Position numbers and translations under genes: made by a program. Shown one piece after another: positions 1-12,400 of a DNA stretch of 64,000 bases (position 1 is the first letter of the stretch; each line of letters starts with the position of its first letter). Source of the stretch: Williopsis jadinii (lineage: Eukaryota); assembly GCA_024346625.1 (NCBI GenBank), contig AP024665.1, forward strand, positions 744,001-808,000, given 5' to 3'. The notes under the pieces are model-generated. The model had not been told where the DNA came from, did not search any database, and worked only from the letters and a program-made list of their open reading frames with translations.

Positions 1-876
1 ATAATTGTCTAATGATATCCATGAGGGTTGATTTGTAAGCACTGCACTAGAAATGTTAGCCAGAGACACTGGCACACCATCTTGGTAAACACTTGATAGA
101 GGAACTTGGTAATTCAATGTATCTCCGCTTGATCCATTGATGTTGATTGTATCTTTTAGAGTGGTTGACAATTCATGTGCACCGACAGTTATGCCAAAAT
201 CGACGTAAGTCGCAGCATAGTCGGCGTAGTCAGAAGCAAATAGCCTGAAGCTGTATTGGAACCCAGGTGCAATCTCCGAGTTTGCTGGAGGTGCTACACC
301 TGAGAATCTGATGTTTGTTGAATCGAAGAAGAGCCAACTTGGTAGTGGGGAACGTTCAACAGAACGGCCATAGTATGCTACCACGGTGTCGTTAGATACA
401 AATGTTCTCCTGTCAAACGTTATGTTGAACACGTCTCCTGGTGATAATACAAGCGAGTCAGCTCCATTTGTCTGTCCAAACGTGGCTAGTTGGTTCAACA
501 CCGTGAAGTCTGTCGATGGTTCTGGTCCTTCTTCTTCCGACACAACGATCGTACATTGTGATGATATAGTGTCTCCTGCTGTGTCCTCACCTAGAAGCGT
601 GAATTCGAGTGAGTCTGTGGCATCACTTTCAGAAGGAGTTCCTTGGAATGTTCGAGACTCTGCGTCGAATGATAGCCATGAAGGCAACCCATCTACCGAA
701 TACGTCACATCCCCCTCTGTTGATTGGAATGTGTCATTTGAGATTTGAAACGAATATGCCTGGTCCACTCTAGCAATCGTCGGAAGCTGTTCTTGGAAGG
801 GGAACCCATCTTCTATCGTTGCCCTCACCGTCGACGAAGATGCTAGCAGCACCTTCACCAGAGTTGTGAGTTGCAT
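1..876 (-). CDS. AXL2: Axial budding protein Axl2, N-terminal part; the gene continues beyond the window start
   Basis: Not in the ORF track. ATG at 876 reads MQLTTLVKVLLASSSTVRA (signal peptide), then ...QLPTIARVDQAYSFQISNDTF...LPSWLSFDAESRTFQGTP...LPSWLFFDS...GAHELST. This matches the cadherin-like ectodomain of yeast Axl2. Confidence 0.92.
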   Translation of the reverse strand, partial: MQLTTLVKVLLASSSTVRATIEDGFPFQEQLPTIARVDQAYSFQISNDTFQSTEGDVTYSVDGLPSWLSFDAESRTFQGTPSESDATDSLEFTLLGEDTAGDTISSQCTIVVSEEEGPEPSTDFTVLNQLATFGQTNGADSLVLSPGDVFNITFDRRTFVSNDTVVAYYGRSVERSPLPSWLFFDSTNIRFSGVAPPANSEIAPGFQYSFRLFASDYADYAATYVDFGITVGAHELSTTLKDTININGSSGDTLNYQVPLSSVYQDGVPVSLANISSAVLTNQPSWISLDNY

Positions 877-1115
877 TTGCTAGTCCAACTGTGTATGTGT
901 CTGGTATGGAGATGGTAGTTAACAAGAAGTGGGTATAGGAGAACAGGAAAGGCAGAAGAAGGAAAGAAAAAAACTTTTGAGACATGTTAGGAAAGCACTT
1001 GGGACTCGTCAACACAGGCAACGTTGTATTCACCATTCTACCTTTGTGATATGAACCTTTCAAGGCTAACTTTATGCTATATTCTACATTGAATCCTTAG
1101 CAATTGGATACCCAG

Positions 1116-1225
1116 ACGCGTTGACAAGCGGCGTTGGAAGGCACAAAGGCTGCGAGCTTAGGCAGGTCGCAGGTTGAAACACCGCGTTCGTCGCGGGCTC
1201 CAGGCAGCGGGAAAGGGATACGCGT
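1116..1225. promoter_or_regulatory. Two MCB elements (ACGCGT) upstream of AXL2
   Basis: ACGCGT at 1116-1121 and 1220-1225. AXL2 is a late-G1 gene in S. cerevisiae. Confidence 0.55.
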
Positions 1226-2037
1226 CGCTCAGCCCGTTAGGGAGAGGCTCCTGTGGGCCTGTGAGGTACCTTTCGATTCTGAAAACAATCGCAGCACGTC
1301 TGTTAAGTAACCTGTAATTTACTCTCGAAGGGGCAACCGAAGTTCTGTTTTGGGAGATGGACATGAATTACACTTCCGGTTTCGGCAATTGATGAGTTTG
1401 GATAAGATTCTGGTATTAACGTGTGGTTTGGAACTCTGACATCTTTTAGGAGGACTCAGGATCCCCATCATGGCGTACAGACTGCGCTCCTGGGAGTGTG
1501 TCATGTACAGCATTTGTTGTGTTAGGGACGTATTCATGTTTATAGGTACATATACATGATCCAAGAACTATACACAGCTCACAAGATGGACGTATCGACT
1601 CGTGTAGATCGACAGCTTGAACCCCGGTGATAAACCACTTCGCTGGAGGGTGGTAACGGTAGGCGACACATCGCGGTTACCCTACATGGCGAACAGATTT
1701 GGCGGGCACTTGTTCTAGAGACATGGCTTCAAACATGCGACGATAGGGGCGGGTTTAACTGATCGCTTTCATTCAGAGGACTTGAGTACTGTCGTATATG
1801 GCATATAACCACACAAATCACATAGTGTAACAGTCAGTTCGTCATTTCCTCACATAGATCAGTAATATCCGAGGGCCTCGAAATTACCATTTGGGTAATT
1901 TTCGCGCGTTTGTGGTAGTTTCAATCAACAACAACCTCATCAGGAAAGCCGAAATGTCCCCCCGTTTCCATTACACCTGAAGTGCGCTAGATAATAGTAT
2001 AAACAACAGAAAGTGGAGCTTCCAACCCTGGACAAAG

Positions 2038-3195
2038 ATGCCAAAGCTTGAACAATCCGAGATTAAAAAGTACTGGGAGATCTTTAGCGGCCTCAAGCCT
2101 GTGGATAATAAGTTGTCCGGTGATAAAGTGGCTGTGGTTTTGAAGAACTCCAAGCTGAGCGATGATAACTTGGGTAAGATCTGGGACCTCGCTGATATCG
2201 ACGCAGATGGTCAATTGGACTTTGAAGAGTTCTGTATCTGCATGCGTCTTATCTTTGACCTTGTTAACCAAAATATGACTGTGTTGCCATCACAGTTACC
2301 TGATTGGCTTATCCCTTCGAGCAAGGCACATTTGATCCAAGCAAACAGGGCACTCAATGGACAAGACCAATCTCAAAGATACTCGGATTCAGAAGATGAG
2401 GATTTGACAGGCGCCCAGTTTGATTGGTACATCTCTCCAGGTGATAAGGCTACCTATGAACAGATTTACTCCACAATGGCTGATAGATTTGGTCGTATTA
2501 CTTTTGACTCCCTGGGAGGTTTGTTGTCCACGTTGACCAATGTCGCTGACCAAGATGCCCGTTTTGCTTGGAACCTTGTGAACCCACGCTCCTCAGAGAC
2601 AATCGACAAAGATCAAGCGCTGGTGTTACTCCATATGTTGAACCAAAGAGACAGCGGTAAACAAATGCCTAGAGGAGTGCCACCGGCTCTGAGAGCTACT
2701 TTCAATAAAGAACAACCAGAATATTCCCTTGATTCCCATCAGGCTACTATCTCACAACCACAACCAGCATCGAAACACACTTTTGCAGAGAATTATCTAG
2801 AAAGAATAGGTGGATCTGGACTCGCAAAGAACACAAAGGGTACAGATTTTTCATCCACACAAGGTACAGATTGGGAAGAAGTACGTCTTAAAAGAGAGCT
2901 CACTGACCTCGAGGAAAAGGTTGCCAAGGCTGAAGCTGCTGCTGAAAGTAAGAAAAAGGAGAGAGCCAATGGTCAAGGAACCACAGCACAAGTGAGACGT
3001 GAATTGGAACAACTCTTGGAATACAAGCAGAAACAGCTGATTTCTGATAGCAACAGCAGCTCCGACCTTGCTGGTGTTGCAAGTGACGTTGACACCGTTG
3101 AAAGTCAAGTGAAAGTGCTGGAACAATACCTTGAAAAGAAAAAAGCAGAATACGCTGATCTTCAAAACCAAATTGCTCAGGCAAAGAGCTCATAG
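2038..3195 (+). CDS. END3: EH-domain endocytosis protein End3
   Basis: MPKLEQSEIKKYWEIFSGLKP...IWDLADIDADGQLDFEEFCICMRLIFD. Two EH domains and a C-terminal coiled coil. Confidence 0.95.
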   Translation: MPKLEQSEIKKYWEIFSGLKPVDNKLSGDKVAVVLKNSKLSDDNLGKIWDLADIDADGQLDFEEFCICMRLIFDLVNQNMTVLPSQLPDWLIPSSKAHLIQANRALNGQDQSQRYSDSEDEDLTGAQFDWYISPGDKATYEQIYSTMADRFGRITFDSLGGLLSTLTNVADQDARFAWNLVNPRSSETIDKDQALVLLHMLNQRDSGKQMPRGVPPALRATFNKEQPEYSLDSHQATISQPQPASKHTFAENYLERIGGSGLAKNTKGTDFSSTQGTDWEEVRLKRELTDLEEKVAKAEAAAESKKKERANGQGTTAQVRRELEQLLEYKQKQLISDSNSSSDLAGVASDVDTVESQVKVLEQYLEKKKAEYADLQNQIAQAKSS

Positions 3196-3336
3196 TTCTT
3201 ATCAAACACCTACATACGAACTATTTGACGGAAAATAACGAACAAGAGAGATTCATTGTTACTGTACCTAGTCGTAGTGATAATACTATAAACCACTAAA
3301 AGCTTGGATTTAGACAACTCGGCCAGAGGATACCTG

Positions 3337-4696
3337 AAAATCTGGGGACACTCCCGGGGGAAAACGGCATCGGTTGGTTATTCATCAATTATCAAGAATC
3401 GGCTGAAACATTGGATGTAACAACTCTCACAACTAAGGCACCATGCTTAGGTAAACTTGAAGCCTCGGGGATTCTCTGCCTCCACGCTATTTCCACAGGA
3501 CAAGAGTCGATTCCGCTGGACATCTCCGAGTGGGACGGTTTTAGCTGGAAAGAAACTCCCCGTATGTATGCAGGATTGCCATTTCAATGTCCCTCAACAC
3601 AATAAACTTAGCGCACTTGAAACACTGAAAAAATGCATATATTGAAAAGTTTCTAAACGGACAACTGTCCACCGAACAGTTCATTGATGAAATTGTGGAG
3701 AAACGAACGTTTCACCAGGGTGACGGCATTGCGGGTCTGTTTTAGCCCGTCATAAAAAGTAATTACATGTAGCACACGCGCACCAAAAAAATTTTACCTA
3801 CTTGTACAGGAACTGTAATGGAGTTAAGCCCACACAACCTTTCTCCTTTAAACTACAACTTCGATTCGATACTCGAGTGAAGTCACTTGTAGTTATTTGT
3901 GTTGCTAATACAAGACACCAATCGTCAGAATCAACACAGTCGATAGCTCATTGTAGTTGCCGTATTATTATGGTGTTTTCTGTATGTGCTGCAGGTGGTC
4001 GTGTGCAATGAAGCACGGTCTTCACCAAGTTTGGTGTGTTGATTCAGGATTTTTATATGACCGATACCGGAGGTGATGTTGTTGATCTTTGAATGAAATG
4101 GAGAGCAGAGTTGATAAGTCCAGCAGCTAGCCAATTACACTTTTGGGGGTTTAAAGACACACATGTAGTTTCAAGTCACCATCATTGTATGGTTCGAAAC
4201 TCTGATCTCAGTCCCATGACAGAAGGTGGTAGAAGGTCTATGCCCAATACTCCGCAAAACCGGGCCAATGAAGACGTGTGGGGAGCAGTTGCCAAAGCTG
4301 TAAAGTTGCTTGGAATTAGCTTATACACAGATATGTATTTCCCTTTCTACAGAGCATGTACTTTCCAAAAGTGCTCCAATATGTAAAAATCTGGGGAAGA
4401 AGAGGTATTATCCGGACCCGTTTCTCTACCCGTTAACAGAACAAAAGACAAACGATGGATGCCCACCTGGCCTAACATTGAAGGAATTAGTAGTTACAAC
4501 AGGGATAAATATCATTTGGTACAAAAGAATAGTGCTGATCTTATCAGATTCTCCTATCAACCTCATGCAAGTGTGAATTAACAATGATCAAACCGGAAGC
4601 TTGTACAAGGTGGATCACAGAGTCTCAGCAGTGCGGCTATACGTAAAATGGGCTTAAGTCCGTCACCTTTTTTTTTCTGGCTTTTACCCCAGATTT
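3337..4696. promoter_or_regulatory. Mig1/CreA-type glucose-repression sites upstream of the aldehyde dehydrogenase
   Basis: AAAATCTGGGG at 3337-3347 and 4386-4396; inverted CCCCAGATTT at 4687-4696 (AT-rich flank plus SYGGGG). Confidence 0.5.
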
Positions 4697-5515
4697 CTTT
4701 TGTTGTACAGGTGAAATAGGCCGGAAAAGGGAAAAGGGGAAAACACACAGAACGGGGCGATGTCTTGTATTGTTCATTCGTCTTTATTTTTGTCTGTTTG
4801 CGGGTCCGTTGGATGCTAGCGCCTACAGTCACGGTATATTCATTTCAGCCAATAATTCAGTTTCTGTTGATCCTTGAGTTCAAGTGCTGAATGTTGAAGG
4901 TGATCTCCCTCAGCAGTTGCATTCTTCCTGTTGAAGTAACTATCGGCTCAGAGTCTGCCCCTCCATTTGCCCCACTCTCAGCCCGCCCTGCCTAAAGTTT
5001 AGGCTCAAAGAACTCGGCTCAGAAGAAGAAACAGGAAGCAAAACAGAATAAAAAGAAACTCCGTCAACGGCCAACGGAGAACTTCAGCTCGAGAAACACA
5101 TCTGGATGCTGGAAGTGGAAAATAACATGCACCTCAGGACACATTAACCCATTGCGGAACTGTGGAAGGGAAACACGGTATTTCCTGTAGCCTTCCAAAG
5201 CGTGGGGACTGGGGAAGATTGTCCCGGGATATTAACTAGTGGGAAAAAGATCTGTATGTAGTATGTACATATCTTACCGACATGACTTGTGTTGCCCAAC
5301 AAAGTGATGACTCCCACCGTTCACCGTTCACCCTGTCCAGCCCCAGCTCGCCCTGTACAAGTATGACAGTAGAGGCTATGGAACAAGTTCACCCTTTTTA
5401 TGACCCGTTTCTTGGATTATAAAAGGACAGTAGAATCCTTCTTTTCTGTAGAAAGACATACTTTGTGAAATATATTCAAACAAGCACAATCTCTAAAGAA
5501 TAAAACTAATACACA

Positions 5516-7009
5516 ATGACTACTGTACCATCTGTTCATATCAAATTGCCAAACGGTGTGGAGTATGACCAACCAACTGGTTTGTTCATCGACAACCAGT
5601 TCGTTGCATCTAGCTCTGGTAAGACTTTCCCAGTCTACAGTCCATCCACCGAGGAGAAGATCTGTGACTTGCAAGAGGCTGACCGCGATGACGTTGAGAT
5701 TGCTACACAAAGTGCTTACAAGGCCTTTAAGAAGTGGTCTACTGTCGAGCCAAAGGTTAGAGCTACAGCTCTTTTGAAGTTGGCTGACTTGATTGAAGAG
5801 GAAAAGGAGACTTTGAAAGCTATTGAGGCCTTGGACAACGGTAAGTCTCTTTTCTGTGCCGGTTTCGATGTCGGTATTGTTATCGACTACATTAGATCCT
5901 GTGCTGGTTACACCAACACCATTGACGGTAGAACTATCAACACTGGTGACACTCACTTGTCTTACACTAGAAGAGAACCTTTGGGTGTCTGTGGTCAAAT
6001 CATCCCATGGAATTTCCCACTTTTGATGTGGTCTTGGAAGATTGGTCCAGCTTTAGCCACTGGTAACACTGTTGTCTTGAAGCCAGCCTCTGCTACACCA
6101 TTATCAGCCTTATACGCCGCTTCTTTGGCTGTTAAGGCTGGTATCCCACCAGGTGTTATTCAAATCGTTCCAGGCTCTGGTAGAAAGTGTGGTGACGCTA
6201 TTTTGAGACACCCATTGATCAAGAAGATTGCCTTCACTGGTTCCACAGCCATTGGTAGAGACGTCATGATTGCTGCTGCTGAGTCCAACTTGAAGAAGGT
6301 TACTTTGGAGCTCGGTGGTAAGTCTCCAAATATCGTTTTCAATGATGCTGACCTTGACACTACTGTTCAGCACTTGATTGCTGGTATCTTCTTCAACTCT
6401 GGTGAAGTTTGCTGTGCTGGTTCCAGAATCTACGTCCAAGAGGGTATCTATGACAAATTGCTTGCTAAGTTCAAAGAGGAGGTTGAGAAGCTCAAGGTTG
6501 GTAACCCATTCGAGGAGGGTGTCTTCCAAGGTGCTCAAACCACCCCAGATCAATTTGAGTCTGTCTTGAGCTACATCGAGAAGGGTAAGGCTGAAGGTGC
6601 TAAGTTGTTGACTGGTGGTAATAGAATTGGTAACAAGGGTTACTTCCTCGAGCCAACCGTGTTCATTGACTGTGACGACGACCACACCATTGTAAAGGAG
6701 GAGATCTTCGGTCCAGTTGCTGCTGTCTGTAAGTTCAAGTACATTGACGAGGTTATCGAGAGAGCCAACAATTCGGAATACGGTTTGGCCTCTGGTATCC
6801 ACACAACTGACATCAACAAGGCATTGGATGTTTCCCAGAGATTGGAGGCTGGTATCTGTTGGATCAACACTTACAACGATCTTCACCACCAGGTTCCATT
6901 CGGTGGTTACAAGGAATCTGGTATTGGTAGAGAGATGGGCTCTGAAGCATTGGACAACTACACCCAAATCAAGGCTGTCAGAATTAAGATCACCAGAAAG
7001 AACGAGTAA
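5516..7009 (+). CDS. Cytosolic aldehyde dehydrogenase, ALD6-like
   Basis: [18 protein letters not shown], catalytic [14 protein letters not shown] and PFGGYKESG motifs. No mitochondrial presequence. Strong codon bias. Confidence 0.93.
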   Translation: MTTVPSVHIKLPNGVEYDQPTGLFIDNQFVASSSGKTFPVYSPSTEEKICDLQEADRDDVEIATQSAYKAFKKWSTVEPKVRATALLKLADLIEEEKETLKAIEALDNGKSLFCAGFDVGIVIDYIRSCAGYTNTIDGRTINTGDTHLSYTRREPLGVCGQIIPWNFPLLMWSWKIGPALATGNTVVLKPASATPLSALYAASLAVKAGIPPGVIQIVPGSGRKCGDAILRHPLIKKIAFTGSTAIGRDVMIAAAESNLKKVTLELGGKSPNIVFNDADLDTTVQHLIAGIFFNSGEVCCAGSRIYVQEGIYDKLLAKFKEEVEKLKVGNPFEEGVFQGAQTTPDQFESVLSYIEKGKAEGAKLLTGGNRIGNKGYFLEPTVFIDCDDDHTIVKEEIFGPVAAVCKFKYIDEVIERANNSEYGLASGIHTTDINKALDVSQRLEAGICWINTYNDLHHQVPFGGYKESGIGREMGSEALDNYTQIKAVRIKITRKNE

Positions 7010-7940
7010 CTGGCTTATCTCAATGGGGGATGCTTTCCTATTATATAAACTGTCATGACTAAATCTACAATGAACTCTTGTTAACATAATGATATCGGTA
7101 GTGAAGTCCGAACTCTCCACGTTTACAAACTTGCCAATTCTGGGGCTGCACAGATCAACGCGTCTACGCTGGCAAACAAGTCTCCACAGTTAACACATGG
7201 CACATGTTTTCACTGTGCGGGAGTGATATGCACAAGTGTTGCGATTATAGTGGGCACATGGCACAGGGCACATGGGCTCCCCACGGTTGGCAGCGTTTTT
7301 ATAGGCAGTAGGAGTTATACGCGGGCCGAAAAAGCCAATCTGACCAATCAACTGGCTTTTTATAACTTATTAAACACGCCATCAAGGGGGGAATACGCAT
7401 CGACTTCTTAGATCACCTCCTTTGACACATAGTTCCAGCTCCGCGTCTGTGTATATTGTTTTCCGATTTGTTGTTTCCGTGTTGGAGGTTAGCAACAAAG
7501 TTGAACCAAATGACTGAATGACTGAGATTGATGATGTGATGAGCTCAATGCTTGCTATACCAATTTGAAAGATACGCACACACAGAGGGAGACACAACTT
7601 TTACGGAGAAAATACACCCAGGCAGCGCAAAAAACCGTTGGCCCAACAGCAGTTTCGTAAGGTGCATTTGGACGCCAATTTCCTGTTTGGGATGAGTTGC
7701 GCATTCGTCGCACTATTTCACGTGCCATTTTAACTGTGTTTACGAAAATTTTCACCCTTTGTAGTAATACGATGGGATCTCGGAGACCATGCGTCAATTT
7801 TTTTGGCAGGATCCCCCTCAACGACTTGGGCCTTTTTTGCCCTCGAGCTGTTTTCTTCTTTCTTTTCTTCCTTTCCCTTCCTTCTCCCCTTCACCATCGT
7901 TAAGACAACCCCATAAACTATTCAATCAATTCAAGACACA

Positions 7941-9017
7941 AGTAAGTGACCTTATGGTGATCTGACACATGGCAATGGTCGGGTCAATTGAACCGAGAGC
8001 TCATTATCTGGCTCTCGCTTTGTCTTTGGGTTCTATTCATGTCAACGGTTATGTGGATGATCACCAAGGGAAAAATTGCCTGCCCACATGGTCATTGCAT
8101 GGCCAGCATCTCCGGGCAATTGATGTGTACACCTGACTAACACGACAATTCTAGTGGCTCCTCCAGCATTCTCTGATATCTCCAAGAACCAAAACGGTCT
8201 CTTGAACAAGGACTTCTACCACGCTAACCCAGCTTCCATTGAGATCTCCACTGTTGCTCCAAACGGTGTCTCCTTCACCACCAAGGGTAAGACCTCTCCA
8301 AAGGATGGTTCCGTTGCTGCTAACATCGAGGCCAAGTTTGCTGACAAGGCCACTGGTTTGACCTTGACCCAAGGCTGGAACACCGCCAACGCTTTGGACA
8401 CCAAGGTTGAGCTTACCGATGCTTTGACCCCAGGTCTCAAAGCTGAGGTTGTCACCTCTTTGATCCCAGGTGCTTCCCAAGGTGCCAAGTTCAACTTGAT
8501 CTTCAACAACCCTTCTGTCACCGCACGTGCGTTCTTCGACTTGGTTAAGGGTCCATCCTTCATCGGTGATGCCACCTTCGGTTACGAGAACTTCACCGCT
8601 GGTGCTGAGGTTGGTTACGACATCAGCTCCGGTAAGGTCACCAGATACTCCGCTGCTCTTGGTTTCGCTCAACCAATCTACAACGTCTCTGTTACCGCTA
8701 CCTCCAACCTGTCCGTCTTCTCTGCTGCTTACTACCACAAGGTTTCTCCAGTTACCGAGGTTGGTGCTAAGGCCACCTGGGACTCTAAGGCTGACGCTGC
8801 TGCTGGTAAGTCCGTCGGCATTGAGACCGCTGTCAAGCACGTTTTGGACTCCTCTGCTTTTGTCAAGGCCAAGGTTGCTGACTCTGGTATCGCTGCCGTC
8901 TCCTACAACCAAGTTTTGAGACCAGGTGTCAAGTTGGGTTTGGGTGCCTCTTTTGACGCTTTGAAGTTGTCTGAGCCAGTTCACAAGTTGGGTTGGACTT
9001 TGACCTTCTCCGCTTAA
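7941..9017 (+). CDS. POR1: Mitochondrial porin (VDAC); intron 7942-8154 lies inside the start codon
   Basis: Coding exon 1 is the single A at 7941. Donor GTAAGT at 7942, branch GACTAAC at 8135-8141, TAG ending 8154. Exon 2 begins TG GCT CCT CCA, giving MAPPAFSDI...HKLGWTLTFSA. Confidence 0.92.
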
Positions 9018-9438
9018 GACACTTTTAAGTGACTGAGGGAGGAACTCGTTTTTACACACACATTACTTCTTAACAAGGATTCTTCTTTTGTGCTTATTCT
9101 GTAGTTGTTGATCTATATATCTGTTGATCTCAGTATATTTCAGCCCTATCCCCTCCCATGGACCCTTGAATTGTTGAACACCCTCAGCTCCCCTCACAAC
9201 CGTATCCAATTGATGTAAATATAGCTTCATGTGCTAAGAGCCAACCGCTTCTTTCCAGCACCGACGTTCAATGGAGTGCTCTTCCCCTATGTGTATAGGA
9301 TGGTGTGCGGGTGTACTCTTCGCGCAACAACATTTTCTTCAGCCTTCAAATTTTGATGGGGATCAAAAGAAACTGCTTTGTTTACATTTTCAACACTTCA
9401 AGCGGGTGATTTCACCATTGATATCATCCTATAGAAAG

Positions 9439-12400
9439 ATGAGTGAACTTGAAGAGGATTTCCCATCAACCACGAGTGAAGTATGTACTGTATTCTTCCT
9501 TAAAGAATTTGGTTTCGATGACTAACACCTTGCACTAAGGACTTTGGCTTCAAACTCTTGGGTAGTCCAATACAAGTTGTTGATGACTACAACGAAGACT
9601 TGCCTTATAAGCACATATCCAACTTTGCATATGCCTCACATAAGGGATTCTTTGTGGCTGCTGGTAAGGATGACTTGGTTCTCGGCTCACTAGAATCGTT
9701 GAAGAAAGATATCGTTGAAGGTAAAGACACATACGAGTCAGATGCACACAGACTTGCGATTCCTGGTATAAACAGTGTTACTTTTACATCAGATGAGAAA
9801 TTACTCCTTGTTAGTGCAGGGAGCAAGCTTTTGTTTCAACAAGTAACAGGAGATTACAAAGACGTCTCCAGTGCATTTCAAGAACTCGCTTTTAGTGCTG
9901 ATATTGAAGTTGTGTCCTCGAACCCTTGTTATGCATCTACAGTTCTGGTACTTTTGACAGATGGTCAGTTACAAAAAGCAGATTTGGTGTCCAATACTCA
10001 AAGTACGTTAGCTCAAGATGTCCTCGATTTCAGCTGGCACCATGAACTTGACAAGATTGCTATAGCTAAAAAAGATCGCACTATCAGTCTGCAATCCTTG
10101 GGTGGATCTTCACAGACGGACATTGAGCTGCCAGAGGAAATTGACGCTGAATATTATCCTCTTTCCGTTGCATGGATCGATGAAACCTCTTTATTCGCTG
10201 TGGTTGGAGAACCTGCTGAGAAAAATGATGAGGAGGAGCCATCAACTGACTTTAAGCATTTTGTGATCGAGATCCAAGGTACCCAGTTCAATTTCAGAGA
10301 AACATACGATGCTGTTCCTGCGTATGGCACAGTTTGGAGAAGACCTACGATTTACCTTTCACAAATCCATTCGCTCTCTGAATCACTCCCTTGTCTAACG
10401 TTGTTAGGTTCTTCGATGTCTACAGATATTTCTGCTGTTACCTCCCACGAACTACTAGCCCCAGCGGATGACTCTGAAAGAGCAACATTGCCAATTAATG
10501 AGGAAACCAGTAATGATGTTAATCCAATAGGATTGACTATAGATCTCAGATTAAAGGACACCATAACAGATCCCTGTCCTGGTGTACCAGAAGCCACTTG
10601 GTTGCCTTCTGTTTGGGTATTGGGGAGCGATGGTAAGGTTCAATCATGGTACATCTTCCATGCACATGACCTGAAAACTGGTTCATTCAAACCAGATTTA
10701 GCGATTCAATATGAAGATAGAATATGGAATAAGGCTCAGGGTACTACCGACTCCGGAATCCAAATGTCAGATTCAGCTCAAAACCCAGTCCATGAAAAAT
10801 CCCCCAACATCTCATCAAATACGGAATTTAAAAGTTTGTTTGGTTCTTCTGCCACTTCACCTGCCAATGTGTTTGCAAAGGGTGACATGCAGAACGAAAG
10901 CAAACCAGCATTTGGTTCGTCCGGGTTTGGTGCTAATACAGATGGCAAGCCAGCATTTGGTTCATCAGGATTTGGCACTAGCACAGATAGCAAACCAGCA
11001 TTTGGCTCATCAGGGTTTGGCACTACTGCAGACAGTAAGCCAGCTTTCGGTTCGTCAGGGTTTGGCACTACTGCAGACAGTAAGCCAGCTTTCGGTTCGT
11101 CAGGGTTTGGCACTACTACCGATAGCAAACCAGCATTTGGCTCATCAGGGTTTGGCACTACTGCAGACAGTAAGCCAGCATTCGGCTCGTCAGGGTTTGG
11201 CACTGCTACAGATAGTAAATCACCATTCTCAACGCTTAATGCAGAGAAAGATAAAGACAACAAAGCTTCGCTTGGCTCTTCAGGGTTTGGCACTACTGCA
11301 GACAGTAAGCCAGCTTTCGGTTCGTCAGGGTTTGGCACTAGCACAGATAGTAAATCACCATTCTCAACGCTTAATGCAGAGAAAGATAAAGACAACAAAG
11401 CTTCGCTTGGCTCTTCAGGGTTTGGCACTACTGCAGACAGTAAGCCAGCTTTCGGTTCGTCAGGGTTTGGCACTACTACCGATAGCAAACCAGCATTTGG
11501 CTCATCAGGGTTTGGCACTACTGCAGACAGTAAGCCAGCTTTCGGTTCGTCAGGGTTTGGCACTACTACCGATAGCAAACCAGCATTTGGCTCATCAGGG
11601 TTTGGCACTACTGCAGACAGTAAGCCAACATTCGGCTCGTCAGGGTTTGGCACTGCTACAGATAGTAAATCACCATTCTCAACGCTTAATGCAGGGAAGG
11701 ATAAAGATAACAAAACTTCGTTTGGCTCCTCAGGCTTTAATACCGAAAACAAATTTTCTTTCGGATCCACTGCTGGTTCTTCCCAACCAGCTTTTGGCTC
11801 ATCAGGTTTTGGATCATCTATTCAATCAGGATCTGTGTTTGGCGATAATCGATCAGCTGGCTCGGGATCAACTGTGAAACCAGTTTTTGCGAATACATCC
11901 CAAGAAGCCGACACTAAAAGAGAATCACCATTCTCCCAGCTGTCATCAAGTAAGACAAATTCCTTGTTTGGTAGTGCTGGTAGCAACGAGAGCCCATTTG
12001 CAAGATTATCAGGGTCTAATGACAAAGAACCAACTAAGACAAAGTCCCAGTCTCCTTTCAGTTCACTGAAACCTGAAAGTGATTCTTTCTTTGGGTCATC
12101 TCAATCTGCCCAATCTTCTCCGTTCGACTCTCTAGGTAATACTGGCGTATCACCTCTATTCAGTAATGCACAGCCCTCACATTCGGCTACAGATAAAGAC
12201 AAAGTCTTTGACTTTGGCTCCGTATCAGAAGCTGTTAAAGATTCTAAGGAAACTGGTGTATCCGCATTAGATGTTTCGTCTAGTGAAGAAGAAATTGAGG
12301 ATGATAGCGATTCTGACTCGGATGAAGTCGAAAATCAAGTTTCTAACATTGCACTGACTGACCTTAATCCGCTTGCATCATCTTCTGGTCCAACAAATTT

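Noticed and set aside
4191..4200. B-box-like GGTTCGAAAC suggesting a tRNA gene
   Set aside because: No cloverleaf or convincing A box can be built around it.
7000..7110. Cryptic peroxisomal extension of the aldehyde dehydrogenase by readthrough or splicing
   Set aside because: The stop is TAA and the extensions I tested do not end in a PTS1 tripeptide.
7411..7423. GATCACCTCCTTT, matching the 3' end of bacterial 16S rRNA
   Set aside because: An isolated 13-mer with no flanking rRNA similarity; chance match.
5417..9059. Long antisense ORFs over the aldehyde dehydrogenase and POR1 (also over LPD1, OLA1, MNP1 and the NUP159 repeats)
   Set aside because: These are expected shadows of strong codon bias or repeat periodicity in the sense genes, with no recognisable products.
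10899..11812. Regularly spaced repeats resembling a CRISPR array
   Set aside because: In-frame FG-repeat coding sequence in a eukaryotic gene, with no unique spacers.
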